Assembly: GCF_004010195.1 (NCBI RefSeq)
Contig: NC_057749.1
Coordinates: forward strand, 15,927,006-15,991,005
Length of the DNA: 64,000 bases
Reading direction: 5' to 3'
Source of the DNA: Chiloscyllium plagiosum
Taxonomy: Eukaryota
The position numbers and the translations under genes were made by a program. The notes under the pieces are model-generated. The model did not search any database. It was given only the letters and a program-made list of their open reading frames with translations, and had not been told where the DNA came from. The stretch's first letter is position 1. Each line of letters begins with the position of its first letter. Positions 51,831 through 64,000 of the stretch are shown in pieces.

Positions 51831-52044
51831 GGTTTCTATTAAAACATCCTTCTAATCTTCAAATGCTTATCTAATCATTCCTTAAATACATCTAACCCAT
51901 TTATCTCAATTTCGCTATGTGGTAACAAGTTCCACACTCAGCCAGCATGGAACAAAAATTTCTCCTGAATTCCCTTGGATGCATTAGTGACTATTTTATG
52001 TTTATGGCCCTTACTTTTGGTCTTCTCCACAGTGGAGGTATCTT

Positions 52045-52360
52045 AGAGTCAGAGATGTACAGCATGGAAACTGACCCTTCAGTCCAACCCGTCCATGCCG
52101 ACCAGGTATCCCAACCCAATTTAATTCCACCTGCCAGCACCTGGCCCATATCCCTCTAAACCCTTCCTATTCATTTACCCATCCAAATGCCTCTTAAATG
52201 TTATGCCTCTTAAATGTTGCAATTGTACCAGCCTCCACTACATCGTCTGGCAGCTCATTCCATACACATTCCACCCTCTGTGTGAAAACGTTGCCCCATA
52301 GGTCTCTTTTATATCTTTCTCCTCTAACCCTAAACCTATGTCCTCTAGTTCTGGATTCCC
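52045..52360 (-). mobile_element. CR1 (HER1-like) 3' end
   Basis: SRTRGHRFRVRGERYKRDL-GN-FTQRV; contains a 16-bp tandem duplication of atgcctcttaaatgtt. Confidence 0.9.
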
Positions 52361-53933
52361 ACCTCGCATCCTTTTCTATTTTAACTACCTCTAGAAGGAC
52401 ACTCGCAATGACTTTGTTTAAACAAAAAGACAAGAATTCCAGCTAGTTCTGCCTTTCCAGATAATTATAACCATCACTATGACTGAAATTCCTGACCTTC
52501 ACCACCCACTTTCCATCACAGACCAATGGAGAGCAGCAGATCTGACTAAAATTGGCGAACTTGTAAAAAAGATAAAACACTGGAGACTGATCAGGCAGCT
52601 TTCTTAGTCTGCCAGGGTAATTCATATTGCAACTATATTTTGAGCCATCGGGAAGCCTATTTAAAAAAACCCTCAGATCCTCATATAGAACTTGCATTCA
52701 GAAATTTATTTTTACATGGATCTTATGCTCCCATCTATATGGTTATAATTTCATGCTTATGACTCTATGACTTACCAGGCTATTTCACAGTCAATCCAGA
52801 AAGAAAAAGTGATTTGCTTTGAATTAAACTCTGCAAACTTTCTACTTAATAACTCATCCCTGAAATGGATTTAGCGTAGAATGTTTCTCTGGTTACTTTG
52901 CATTCTACTATTGATTTCGACTTAAAACGTGCAGGACTGTGCAACTATCAAAACGATCCATTTTGATCGTTTATCATCAGTTTTTATTCCATTCATTTCT
53001 GGATAAAAGAGAAATATATTTTAGTTCGATAGCTGACGGGGACAGGAGGGAAAAATTGTCCACATTGCTTGCTAACAAATCCTTGCCAACAGTTAGTGTA
53101 ATTTCCAACAGCTCAAAGCCTTCTGGGGAGAAAAGGCCAGGCAGACAATCGAAGTAAAACAAAAAGTTCCTTCCTTGAGTGCCAAACTCAACTGCAAGAG
53201 CCTGCCACTAAACGCTCCAAAGTTGCCGACATAAAGTGTCGGAGGTGGCCAAACATCTCCAAAAGACTACAGCATGTTGTTTCCGCCAGTTATAAATCAG
53301 ACTTTCAATTACACAGAATAAAAATGCTTTTTAAAAATGTTAATAATTAGAGAAAGTTGCAAGTGCCAGAAGACTGAAATAAAAATGAAGATGCTGGAAA
53401 TACATAACAGCTCTGTGGGTAGCTGAAACAGGGACAAGTTTCTATCTGTGGTGCAGACCCTCTATTGGGATTGTTTCTTGTTTGAAGGTCTGAGCCAAGG
53501 ATATTAACTTGACTTCCATAGAGGTTCGATTACTGAAATCATAGCTTGTCATTATTTTTGCATTTCCATCATTTCCTGTTGACAATTAGCATTCTTAAGC
53601 TTTGGCAATCATTGATTTGTGATTGTACGGTAATGAAATACAAAAGAATTTCTGTTAGTGGTGCAGTCTGACTTTTAACCTGTGTTAGTAGTGAGGGTTT
53701 CTTCTATCCATAATCCAAAAACACAAATCTCAAGAGCACCACCCGTCTGCAGGCAGTTAAAGACACGGGGGAAAATAAATGCCCCCTTAGCTCTTTGTAA
53801 CCCCTTCCCCAATCGCCCATCTTTTATTGCAAAGCTCACTTGGTCCAAATCTGCAAGCTGCATCATAGCTGCAATGGCCTGAAACAAGATTCATCCAAAG
53901 CTAACCATGCAGCAGTTAAGGTGCAGGTGATAC

Positions 53934-54113
53934 CGTAGAGGCAGTCGATATCATCCTGCCCAGAGATCAACCACTTCTTGAAGAGGCGAATGTGATACGA
54001 GCACTGATGTAGATGCCGGGCCAAGGCACCATCAAGGGCCAGGTTCTGTGCGAAACTGTTATCAGCTGAAAATCGCCTCAGCAACTGCGCCACACGATGA
54101 TTGTCCAGTAAGT
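53934..54113 (-). CDS. PPIP5K1: PPIP5K1 coding exon (180 nt, phase 1-1, probable cassette): (D)LLDNHRVAQLLRRFSADNSFAQNLALDGALARHLHQCSYHIRLFKKWLISGQDDIDCLY(G)
   Basis: Acceptor gctgttccctag| and donor TACG|gtatca. It is an open, CpG-rich, frame-preserving exon between two recognisable PPIP5K1 exons. Confidence 0.82.
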
Positions 54114-54223
54114 CTAGGGAACAGCACCAATGGTAAAAAAAACAAAATACAAACAGCAACAAAAAAAAAAGGACACAATTACTATCATTACCACAATTAT
54201 TATTTCAAAGGAAGAAGCATTCG

Positions 54224-54322
54224 TAAGAATCTCAAACAGCAAAGAATGAAACATTTGTAGGAATCTCAAACAGCAAAGAATGAAACATTTCTAAGAATTT
54301 CAAACAGCAAAGAATGAACTAT
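54224..54322. repeat. 34-bp tandem repeat, about 3 copies
   Basis: ta(a/g)gaat(c/t)tcaaacagcaaagaatgaaacattt(g/c). Confidence 0.9.
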
Positions 54323-56619
54323 ATGAGGAGAAAAAGGAACATATATATGTCTTAAAATAAAATTCAGATAGCAAAAAGATATTTGCATTTACTTACTGTC
54401 TGATTATGTCACTGAAAATGTCTCAAAGTGCATCACAGTGAAGTGCTTTTGATTCATGTCCTATATTAGCAAGCATGGTAGTCATACTTTGCAATCAAAA
54501 TCTATACAATTACATTCTGGTTAGTTGAGGAATACTGACTAGGTACCAGCAGAACTTTCTTTTTTCTTTTACCAGTGCTTTAGAGTCCTCCAACATTCAT
54601 TTGACCAGACAGCTCATCAGAAAGATGGCGCCCACAGCAGTGCAGATCTCCCATTGCGCTCCACTAGAGTGTCAGACTGGCTTTCATGAGGCTGATTGTG
54701 GGATAAATATTGACTAACACGAAGAAACAATACGTACTTTCTTCAGATTAATGTCCAGGGGGCTTTTGAATCTGACAACAGAGCCTTGGTGCAATGCTTC
54801 ATCAGAAACACTGGACTGAAGAAGGTGCAGTAATCCTTCAATACTACGCTGGAGTGTCAGCCCAGATTGTTTTGCTCAAGTGCCTGGAGTGAAATTCAAA
54901 CCCACAGTCTTCTGACTCAGGTGAATGTTCTAACAATTGAGCCAGGGCTCAAACTAATACACTTCGTTGGATGCCACAATTACACTTCTGAAAATACAGA
55001 CCACCTTTCCATCAAGAACATAAAGAGATCTTATTTGTCATGCCATTCTTAACCCTGCAAACATCAAGTCAGACCTGAACTGGACGACAGTGAGATCTGG
55101 AGCACTGTGCAATGACTTCGGGACAAAGATTAGGTGCGCTGACATGGCACATCTGGCCGATTCAGAATGCATCTCAACCCTGTAACTTGAGAATATTTTA
55201 CTTACTTACTAAATGGAATACACTTCCAATAAATACATTAATCACTCTACCAGTGTCATTAGATTTAATCCTTAGGGCTAGTTTCCTCTTTAGGGGTTAA
55301 TTATATACACAAACCCTTTATTAGTGAGACATCAAGCAATCTACAGCAGGTAATCTCAACACAGGCGACTCTTCCAGAGAAAGCGAGCTGATTGAAACTA
55401 AACAAGGAAATAGCTATAGATGATGGCCTCAACATGATATTGAAATAAAAACTCGCTTAGGGTATGGAAGAAAGACTCATGAACTATCTATCAACTTCTT
55501 TCAACTCTTTAAAAATCCAAAGATAGAGGACTACGATGAATTGGTTGAAGGAATATGCTCCTGATTGTAGACAAATGGGATGGGGATAACGTGCCTAATA
55601 TATGATGAAATCATTTTCATGTCAAAATTTATGATGTCTTAATTCTTATAATCCCCAACAAACGTTCATATGTTGCATGTATATTGCTCTCTCATCCAGA
55701 AAAGCAAGTATATGACTGGATTTTGAGATTGCTGCACACTGGGAATGCAAATATTTTCTTTTTGGAAGGCAATCTTAGCTCTCACATAAACAGGATGCTC
55801 ACTTTTGTCTGTCAAATTTCTTCTGTGACTCAAATGAACAAAGACAAATGCTGTGGGGTGAGAACATGAAAAGTTACAATCTATGCAAGCACACCCTAGT
55901 ACGGTCTGACATGAAGACAACGAGAGATTTAGGTGGGAGGGAAAGTGATAACTTGTGGTGAAAAAATCTATGTTCAAATTATGCAGTTATCTAGAATACT
56001 GGGGCCCCTGAGTTGAAGAGAGTTTTAAACAAATTTCCAGATAGTAATACCAACAAGAAGTGTGAGTGAGACAATTTGTTTAAACAAAAGGTAAGTAGAC
56101 AATTCACTCTTCCAAGTTTTACTTTTCCTTGGTCCATCATTCACATGAGAATTAGCAAAGACATGTACTCCACAGACTGGAGAGACATTATACGATTGAA
56201 TGAGAGCAGTTAATATGCATTCTTGTTGACTTGCTGGTGTTATGTATTAAGCTAAACACCACTTCTGGGAAGTGATATACAATTATATAATAATTATTCT
56301 GACTATTTTTTCCTCAATTAATTTGATGGCAAAATGACTGCTGACAGCATTCAAATGGATTGCCATATTTTCACTTCTACTGTTGGTAGATTGTTAATTT
56401 GATTTCATCTCCTGTCTGATGAAGAAAAACGTGTTTGAAGATCTATTGCATTTCTTTTGTTGTCTACCCTTTCATAAAGACACCATTATACTGGGGCACG
56501 GTCAGCTAGGCTCCAACACCCCTCACTCCTCCAAGTGACGTATAGTGAGAGCCTGCCTGTCCACGTGAGGTCTGAGATTTGACTGATTACTGCCCTCCCC
56601 CAACTTCCTAACAGCATGT

Positions 56620-57210
56620 CACCAATGGTGCCAGTCATTTGGACCCTTGAGCTTGTTCTGCCATTCAATAAGATCATGACTAATTTGATTACTCCACATC
56701 CACAACCATCTGCGATAACCTTTTACCTTCTTACTTACCAAGAATCTAACTAGGACATAAAAGTATTCAAATACCCTGTTTCCACCACCTTTTGAGGAGG
56801 TGTTTCAAAGATTCATGAACCTCTGAGAAAATCTTTCCTAATCGCTGTGTAAGTCGATAACCCTTTATTTTAAAACTGTGATTCCTGGTTCAAGGTTCTC
56901 CCACAAGACAAAGCATTCTTTCCCCAGCTAGTCAGGATCTTATGTTTCAATCAAATCGCCCCTCATTATGCTAAACTTCAACTGATACAAGCTTAGTCTG
57001 ACCAAATTGTACTCATGAGAAAACCCACCCATTATAGATATCTGTCTGTAAGACCTTCTTAGATGCTTTTAACACATTTTCATCCTTCCTTAAATGAAGC
57101 AACTAATACTTGACAGACACAGTACTTCAGATGTGGTTTCACCAATGCCTTGTATAAATGAAGCATAACCTCCCTATTTTTGTATTCAGTTTCTCTTGCA
57201 ATACATTCTA
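56620..57210 (-). mobile_element. Old CR1 LINE fragment (continues after the nested insertions to about 59640)
   Basis: EYKNREVMLHLYKALVKPHLKYCV and CPMGMVAKLTDDTK (degenerate FADD region). Confidence 0.7.
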
Positions 57211-57216
57211 TTAGAA

Positions 57217-57513
57217 TAATAGAATCTCTATGGAGGCAGGCCATTTGACCCATTGAGTCCACACCAACCCTTTGAAGAGCATCCCACCACGGTCCCCGCC
57301 ACCCCCCACCCGTAACCACTCAATTCCCCAGACTAATTCACTAAGCTTATACATACTGCTTGACTATGGACAATTTACTATGGCCAATCTGCCTAACCTG
57401 CACAACTCTGGACTGTGGGAGGACGCAGGTCACTGGTTGCCCAAGGCGGGAATTGAACCCAGGTCCCTGCCGCTGTGATGCAGCAGTGCTAACCACTGAG
57501 CCACAGTGCCACA
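57217..57513 (-). mobile_element. HE1 SINE (degenerate, internally deleted)
   Basis: Reversed tRNA head at 57450-57513. Confidence 0.75.
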
Positions 57514-57647
57514 CAGGTTTTCTAACTACTTGCTATTGCAGAATATCAATCCTTGGGATTAATATGCAAGAACTTGCTGCATAAGATAATGTGCTTTTAA
57601 AAAAATTTCTTGTCAAAGTGGACAATTTCACCATTTCCCACGTTATA

Positions 57648-59258
57648 TCATGGTTGTGGGAATGTTTGCCGAGCTGGGAAGTTGATTTGCAGATGTTTTG
57701 CCCCCTGTATAGGTGACACCTTCGGTGCTTTGGAGCCTCCTGTGAAGCGCTTTGGTACTCTCTCTTCTGGAACTTATTTGCTTCAGTTCCTGCTGCTTCC
57801 AGTTCCAGTTCAGTTCTGGTCGTTCGTTATAGTAGCTGGTATATTGGGTCTAGGTCTAAGTCCTTGTCGATGGAGCTTACGGATGAATGCCATGCTTCTA
57901 GAAATTCTCTGGCTGTCCTACATTTAGCTTGTCCTATGATCATTGTGTTTTTCCAGTCAAATTTGTGCTCCTTGTCATCTGTGTATAGCTACTAGGGACA
58001 GGTGGTCGTGATGTTTAGTGGCTAGTTGGTGTTCGTGGATGCGGATTGCTAGTTGTCTGCCGGTTTGGCTAAAATAGTGTTTTGTGCATGGAATCTTCTT
58101 GCATGGAATCTTCTAAATTACGTTTGTCTTGCACATGATGGGTATAGGGTCTTTTGTCCTGGTGAGTTGTTGTCTGAGCGCGGCTGTCGGTTTATTGGCT
58201 GTCATGGATCTGAATAGTTGGAGAAGTCTGGCTGTCAGTTCCGAGACGTTTTTATATTAGGTAGAGTGATTAGTGTGTTGTGTCATGGCATGTCCATGTC
58301 ACGTTGTTTGTCTATTAGGCATCTGTGAATGAAGTTGAAGGGATATCCATTCTTGAAGACTCTGCAGGAGGTGTTCTTCTTCTTCTCTTCGCAGGTTGGG
58401 AGTGCTGCAGTGTGTTGTAGCTCTTTTGAACAGGGTTCTAATGCAGCTTCTCTTGTATACGTTTGGGTTGTTGCTGTTATAATTCAGGATCTAGTCAGCG
58501 TGCGTGGCTTTTCTGTACACTCTGGTGGAGCATTCACATCCAGGAAAGGGAATTGATTGTTGGTTTCCTCCTCTCTCATAAATCTGATACCTTGAGCATG
58601 GTGTTCTCAATTTCTGTTCTCTCAGTAATTACAAAAGTGTCATTCACACATCTGATCCAGAATTTGGATCAGATTTGTGGGAGGGTTGTTTGTTCAGTCT
58701 TTGCGTCACTGTTTCTGCTATGAGCCCAGAGAAGGTTGATCCCATAAGTGTCCCATTGATCTATTCATATATTTGGTTGTTGAATGTGAAGTGTGTTGTC
58801 AAGTACAGGTCTAATAGCTTGAGCGCGTGCCCTTGTTGATAGGTTCCCCATTGTGTTGGCTGTTCTGCTTGCCCAGGAGGTTGGCTATTGTCTCTCTGGC
58901 TAGATTTTTGTCAATTGAAGTAAATAGTTCCGTTACAATGAATGAGACCATTGCTTCGTCCTTGTCTTGATGTTGCCTAGGAATTGCTATGACGTCTATA
59001 TGGCGTGTTTGGATTGACTAATAGGATGTTTCAGTTTTTGTTGAAGTTCTTCTGCCAGTTTATGTGATGAAGCAGGAATGGAACCAAATAAATTCCAGAA
59101 GAGACAGTACCACAGCGCTTCACAGGCGGCTCCAAAACACTGAAGATGTCACCTAGACAGGGGACAAAATATCTGCAACTCAACTTCCCAGCTCAGCAAA
59201 CATACCCACAACCATGGCAACTGGCACCAGAGCTACAAATCTTTACGCAAACCTTGAA
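57648..59258 (-). mobile_element. Degenerate Penelope-like retroelement (family 2): RT and GIY-YIG endonuclease remnants with an inverted pseudo-LTR at the right end
   Basis: Minus-strand remnants DEAMVSF-VTELFTSID, INGTLMGS, WIRCVNDTFVI (RT) and HYFSQTGRQLAIRIHEHQ...REFLEAWHSS (GIY-YIG). pLTR copies at about 57648-57750 (-) and 59115-59258 (+). Confidence 0.88.
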
Positions 59259-60370
59259 CATTATACCCTATTTACCAGATCTTTCCCCATTCGCTTAGTT
59301 TACCTATGTCTGCTTGTAGCCTCCTTATTTCATTTTGACATCTTACTTTACTACCTATTTTTTGTGTCATCAGTAAGTTTAGCAACCATACCCATTGGGC
59401 AAAAGTGAGGACTGCAGATGTTGGAAACCAGAGCACCACTCTGATCTAAACCATACCCATTGGTCTCTTCATTTAAATTGTCCAAGAAGGAGAACCCAGC
59501 ACTGATCCCTTTGGCGCACCATTCATTTACATTTTGCCAAGAAAATGACCTACTTATTCTTATTCTCTGTTGTTTGTTGGCTAGGCAACTTGCTACGTTA
59601 TCCTTTACACCTTGAGCTTTTTCCTGCAATAGCCTCTAATGTGGCACCTATTTCTAGTTAGCTTCCACTTGTCCTTGGTTCCTTCTTTCTTCTTCTTTCA
59701 GTAATGCTTTGATTTTTAAAAAAATATTCTGTACAATCTCTGATCTGCCAGCCACCTTTGTTGAATTATATGCTTTCCTTTAAATGTGATCCTATTTTCG
59801 ACTTGTTCAGTTAACCACAGATGGTTGGTACTTATTTTGTGCTTGAATATATCTACCCTGTGTACCAAATGGTTGTGATCAGAAATGCCTCTCCAAGCAG
59901 GAGCTGACCCTTATGGGTGAGCTCTACCACTCATTTGACAGAAAACCTGGCCATGCATCTTGAAACCTGCAAAAGACAGTCAAGTTCGTTGATGATTAAC
60001 TGGACAGTGAAGTGAAATCAGAAGCTATAAATGGCTGCCAGTCAGAGCTTCAGAGCTGATGAAATGGAATGATTGACAAGTGCGATTGTTGTTCTAAACT
60101 GATGGAGGTTACATCAAAGGAAAAGTCATCAACTTAAAAAAAGGTTATAATGTGTGATTTCTTTGCATATTAAAGTGGAATCATGGCAAAGATTTTGGTG
60201 TGGCAAGGCTGAAGTAATGAAAAATAAAAAGGAGTAAAGCAAATATTGAGAAAAGAAAAATTGAAGTGGACATTCAAAAGATTTAAAAAGCACAAGTGCA
60301 TTTAAGAAACATGCAAAAAAAAGTCAAAAAGTTAAGATTGTAAAGGATAATTGAAAAGAAGCAAACATAC

Positions 60371-60433
60371 CATTAGTCGGATGCTTTGCAAACGAGACAG
60401 AAAATCTTTTAACGGCTGGCATAGATAACATTT
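60371..60433 (-). CDS. PPIP5K1: PPIP5K1 coding exon (63 nt, phase 1-1): (E)MLSMPAVKRFSVSFAKHPTN(G)
   Basis: Acceptor tttttgtttcctcag| and donor AATG|gtatgt. The peptide matches my recollection of vertebrate PPIP5K1 'PAVKRFSVSFAKHPTNG'. Confidence 0.92.
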
Positions 60434-61149
60434 CTGAGGAAACAAAAAGGACTGAAGTTAAAACTAACACTGCAGTTTTAACACAGAACTCCCCACATTA
60501 CATGAGCGGGTGATGACTCCTTAGAAGAAAAATGCAACCCAATCCTCTCTCATTGGGGCCTCTTCCTTCAACACTTTCTCCTTTAGGTTGGGAGAAGAGT
60601 GGAACGCTTTTTATGGATTGCACTGCCCTGAGCTGGACTATCAGGAGCAATGTTTGGCATGTATTAGGTTGGCAATGTATCTTTCTCCAGATGTATCCAA
60701 CCAACCATTCCAATGTAATTTTATTTTAGGCAATGCTGGCCTGACAACTGAAAGTCTTTAAGTCCAAGAGTTCAATTGCAAACAAGACCAGAGACTCAAA
60801 AGAGTGAAATGGAGATCCTAAACTGGCTAACTCCCACTTGCCATATTTGAAGAGTCAGGTGTCCTTTACGGGTCTTTGGTATTGGTAAATAAACAATATT
60901 TAGATCTACTACATCTTTTCCACTCATGCCACATCTCAATTTTTGGTGGTCACCACATGCCATAGCGTAGCTGGGTGTCAGCAGAACTGAATTATCTCTA
61001 GGAATGCTCCAGCACCAATATTAATGGTGCCAGCACAAAGTTTGTCTTTCCTTTTTTGAGAAGCAAAATGAAATTAAAATAGCCCTCCTAACACACCAAT
61101 TTATTGTTATGGACTGTCATATTTGTTTGCCATTAAATATGAAGAACAC

Positions 61150-61545
61150 TATTAAGCTGCAGCGGGTTCAGAAGAGATTTACCAGGATGTTGTCGCGTAT
61201 GGAAGGTGAGTTATAAAGCAAGGCTGGATAGGTTGGGACATTTTCCACTGGAGCGCAAGAGGTTGAGAGGCGACTTTATAGAAGTTCATAAAATCACGAG
61301 GGGTATGGATTGTCAATGGTAGTTGTCTTTCCCTAAGATGGGAGATTTCAAATCTAGGGGACACGTTTTTAAGGCGAGAGGAGAGAAATTTAAAAAAGAC
61401 TTGGGGGCAAGTTTTTTTTACACAGAGGGTAGTTCGAGTGTGGAATGAACTTCCTGAGAAAGTCGTGGATGTGGATATAATTGCAACATTTAAAAGACAT
61501 TTGGATAAGTACATGAACTGGTTGGACCATGCTGTATGACTCTGT
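61150..61545 (+). mobile_element. CR1 LINE 3' fragment
   Basis: LQRVQKRFTRML...SRGHVFKARGEKFKKDLG...WNELPEKVV. Confidence 0.85.
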
Positions 61546-64000
61546 GGTTCTCTCTTGCTGGTGAGTCATGATTTTACTTTCATTGCATGCATTTGAGCCG
61601 TATGTGCAGAAATCTGTCACTTCATTGGGTGGCAAGTAGTGGAACTTGCCGGTCTCCCCATTCCTGCTTGTCATTACAATGCTGGCGAGGTCTCTGTATA
61701 ACAACATTATACTCAGTTATTGTCTCTAAAGATCAGGTGAGTTACAGGAACACAGTTTGGGTTAACCATACCTGGCACTGAGTCAGCACATCAGCATTCC
61801 CCCTCACGTTCTCACAGGAAATCTCCCAACGTAAGTAATTCATAACATACATAATTTATGATTCCTTGAGGCATTTTCTAAAACAACTAATATTTAATCC
61901 TAACATCTCTCATTTCCTGGAGAAAGAGAGCATAACCAATCACTGCATACCTTTGCCCCATCCCTGTGACTCGAATGATCATTGGTGAATATTAAGTTGC
62001 CAAGAGTAGAATTGTGGATAAAATGAGCAGAATGATGTAATTAAGCAAAACATACAAGACTCTTGGAATATGGCAAGCACTAATTGCTTTTCTCTGGTGA
62101 TTGGACGTTGGCTATCATAAAAATCTTAGAGAGAAAATGCCCCATGATTTTTATTGTTTGACTGAAACCAGTTGCCCTCTTCTGTGGACTTTCACTAAGA
62201 TACAGTCTCATGGTTCCCCTTTATCCAAGTGACATTTGCCTCTCGTCTCTCCAACCAAAGGGGAGATCACAGTTCAGTCGACCCTGTCTTTGCCCAACAA
62301 ATCTCGACATGGGTGCCCAGCTTGACAAACACACCACATAGGTAGATAGTCACAACACTCAAGATTCCAGCATGAATTGCTGGATGGTGGTCAGTAGTGG
62401 CAGACTGTGCCCTCTCCAAACAATGCTCATGAAGGCCAACCTTAAGCCCCTATTGTTGCTTCAGATCCAATCAGCAAACTCACCAGGGATTTAGTGAGGT
62501 TCTGCTGCTTACTGCGTAAATCAGCTGACCTACAGGAAGAGTACAGCTTGTGTGGCAAGCAATCGTAAATTCTCTATTTCAGCCCAGAATCTGCTAGAGA
62601 CTGGATTATAGCCATTATTGGTATATGGTATTTTCATCATACACTAGGAATGGAAAGTTCTGTCAGAGATTAAGTGTAGGCTGGCTAGTCAATCAATCCA
62701 CATTAATATTATTATTGCCTTTGATGATGAATTGCTTTGAAAAATGTTTGTAGATTGCTAGAGCTCAAGCCAACTTGGATTAGTTCTTTGGCTTCTGGGT
62801 ACAATAGGTCTATAAATTCACTGAAGACCTGCTGGTTCAGAGCTCTGCGAATGCTTAAAAATACCTATAAAAACTTTGATCAGAAGAGAAAAGATTCTCA
62901 AGAAAAAACATAGTATTCTTTTAAACATCACAACTTCAGAGCTTTATGAAGGTGTAGCAAAAAGATGCAGGGCCAGATAAAAGGGAACATAGAAAAGAGG
63001 AAGCAAGGATAAAGAGAAAGTTAGACCAGTTGTATTGCTCAAGTCCTACACCCCTTTCCAAAGTCATACAAGTGTAAAACAAAACACTTCGCACAATTTT
63101 CTGTCGCCTGTCTTAAATGGTATTCCTTTAAGAAATCGGGATGAATTCTGCAGCTTTCCTTAATGATAGCCTATTTCCTATGATTTATCAAAGCCATTTT
63201 AATGAATGCAAGGCTGCAACATTACAATTATCTTTCTGGAGCTCAAACTACCACTTTTTAAAGAATGGCTTTGTATCATAATTATCCTTCATGTACTTAT
63301 TGAAGGATCCAGTTCCATCATATGACTTGGCATACCACCCCATGTTGCACAGTTGCTTGCTTCAGTCACATCGTCACCAAGGATGGGCAAAAGAAGATTC
63401 AGACAATCAAGCCTAAAACATCAGCACACTGAAGGTTATTCTTCAGGGGACAGTGACAAGAAGAGTTGGTGTCAGCAATTCCTGAAGGTGCGATGCCTCA
63501 TCCAGAAACATATTTCCAAAACTGACCTGGTACAATTCTTCACACAGATGCTCTAGCTAACATTAAGATTGCTTCAATTTTCAATTGTTATATTGCCACA
63601 ATTAAGACTGTTATTTTGCTGTCAAAATTGGAAACAGTCTACGTAACAGGAATATTTTCCTTTATACCCCTGAACAATGCAGGTATTATTGCAAGTGTGT
63701 GAAGATTTAGTACAAAGGAGAAAGTGAAGTATAACTCAAGACAAACTAAAAGAGTTACATCTTGAATGCATACACTACTTGTAGCATCTGCCCAACGTAA
63801 ATGTTATGGGTAAATTTTATCTTGCAATGACAGCCAGTAGAATCCACTTCCACTGGCAACAGAAACATCCTTAACTTTATTTAGTCTACCCTACAACTGT
63901 CTGTATTCATTTATTCAACTCAAAAACCCTTGGCCAAAGAACACTGTCAAAACAAAAGAGTAGTGTTTTGTGAACTAAAAATATTGATAGCTATATAGAA

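Noticed and set aside
53226..53243. Small hairpin ccgaca-taaag-tgtcgg
   Set aside because: A 6-bp stem is expected by chance, and there is no larger miRNA or snoRNA structure.

Overview
This is a repeat-rich vertebrate genomic window, almost certainly from an elasmobranch (shark): it carries HE1/V-type SINEs and their partner CR1 (HER1-like) LINE tails. The only gene I can identify is the 3' part of PPIP5K1 on the minus strand. It has five phase-1 coding exons (60371-60433, 53934-54113, 37991-38128, 36381-36509, 32265-32593) that splice into one open frame ending in TAG; the upstream exons lie beyond the right edge of the window. The rest is intronic or intergenic DNA full of CR1/L2-group LINE fragments, several SINE families, a solo LTR, a TA-flanked MITE, mini- and microsatellites, and Penelope-like elements. 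The most notable signal is four distinct Penelope-related families that each carry a minimal hammerhead ribozyme motif with covarying stems, inserted as palindromes, three of them with 12-13 bp target-site duplications. One has a 393-nt ribozyme-to-ribozyme monomer resembling a retrozyme. The PPIP5K1 introns also contain a candidate 9-nt in-frame microexon and candidate poison exons. Repeat boundaries were read by eye and are approximate, and most ORFs in the supplied track are spurious repeat translations.
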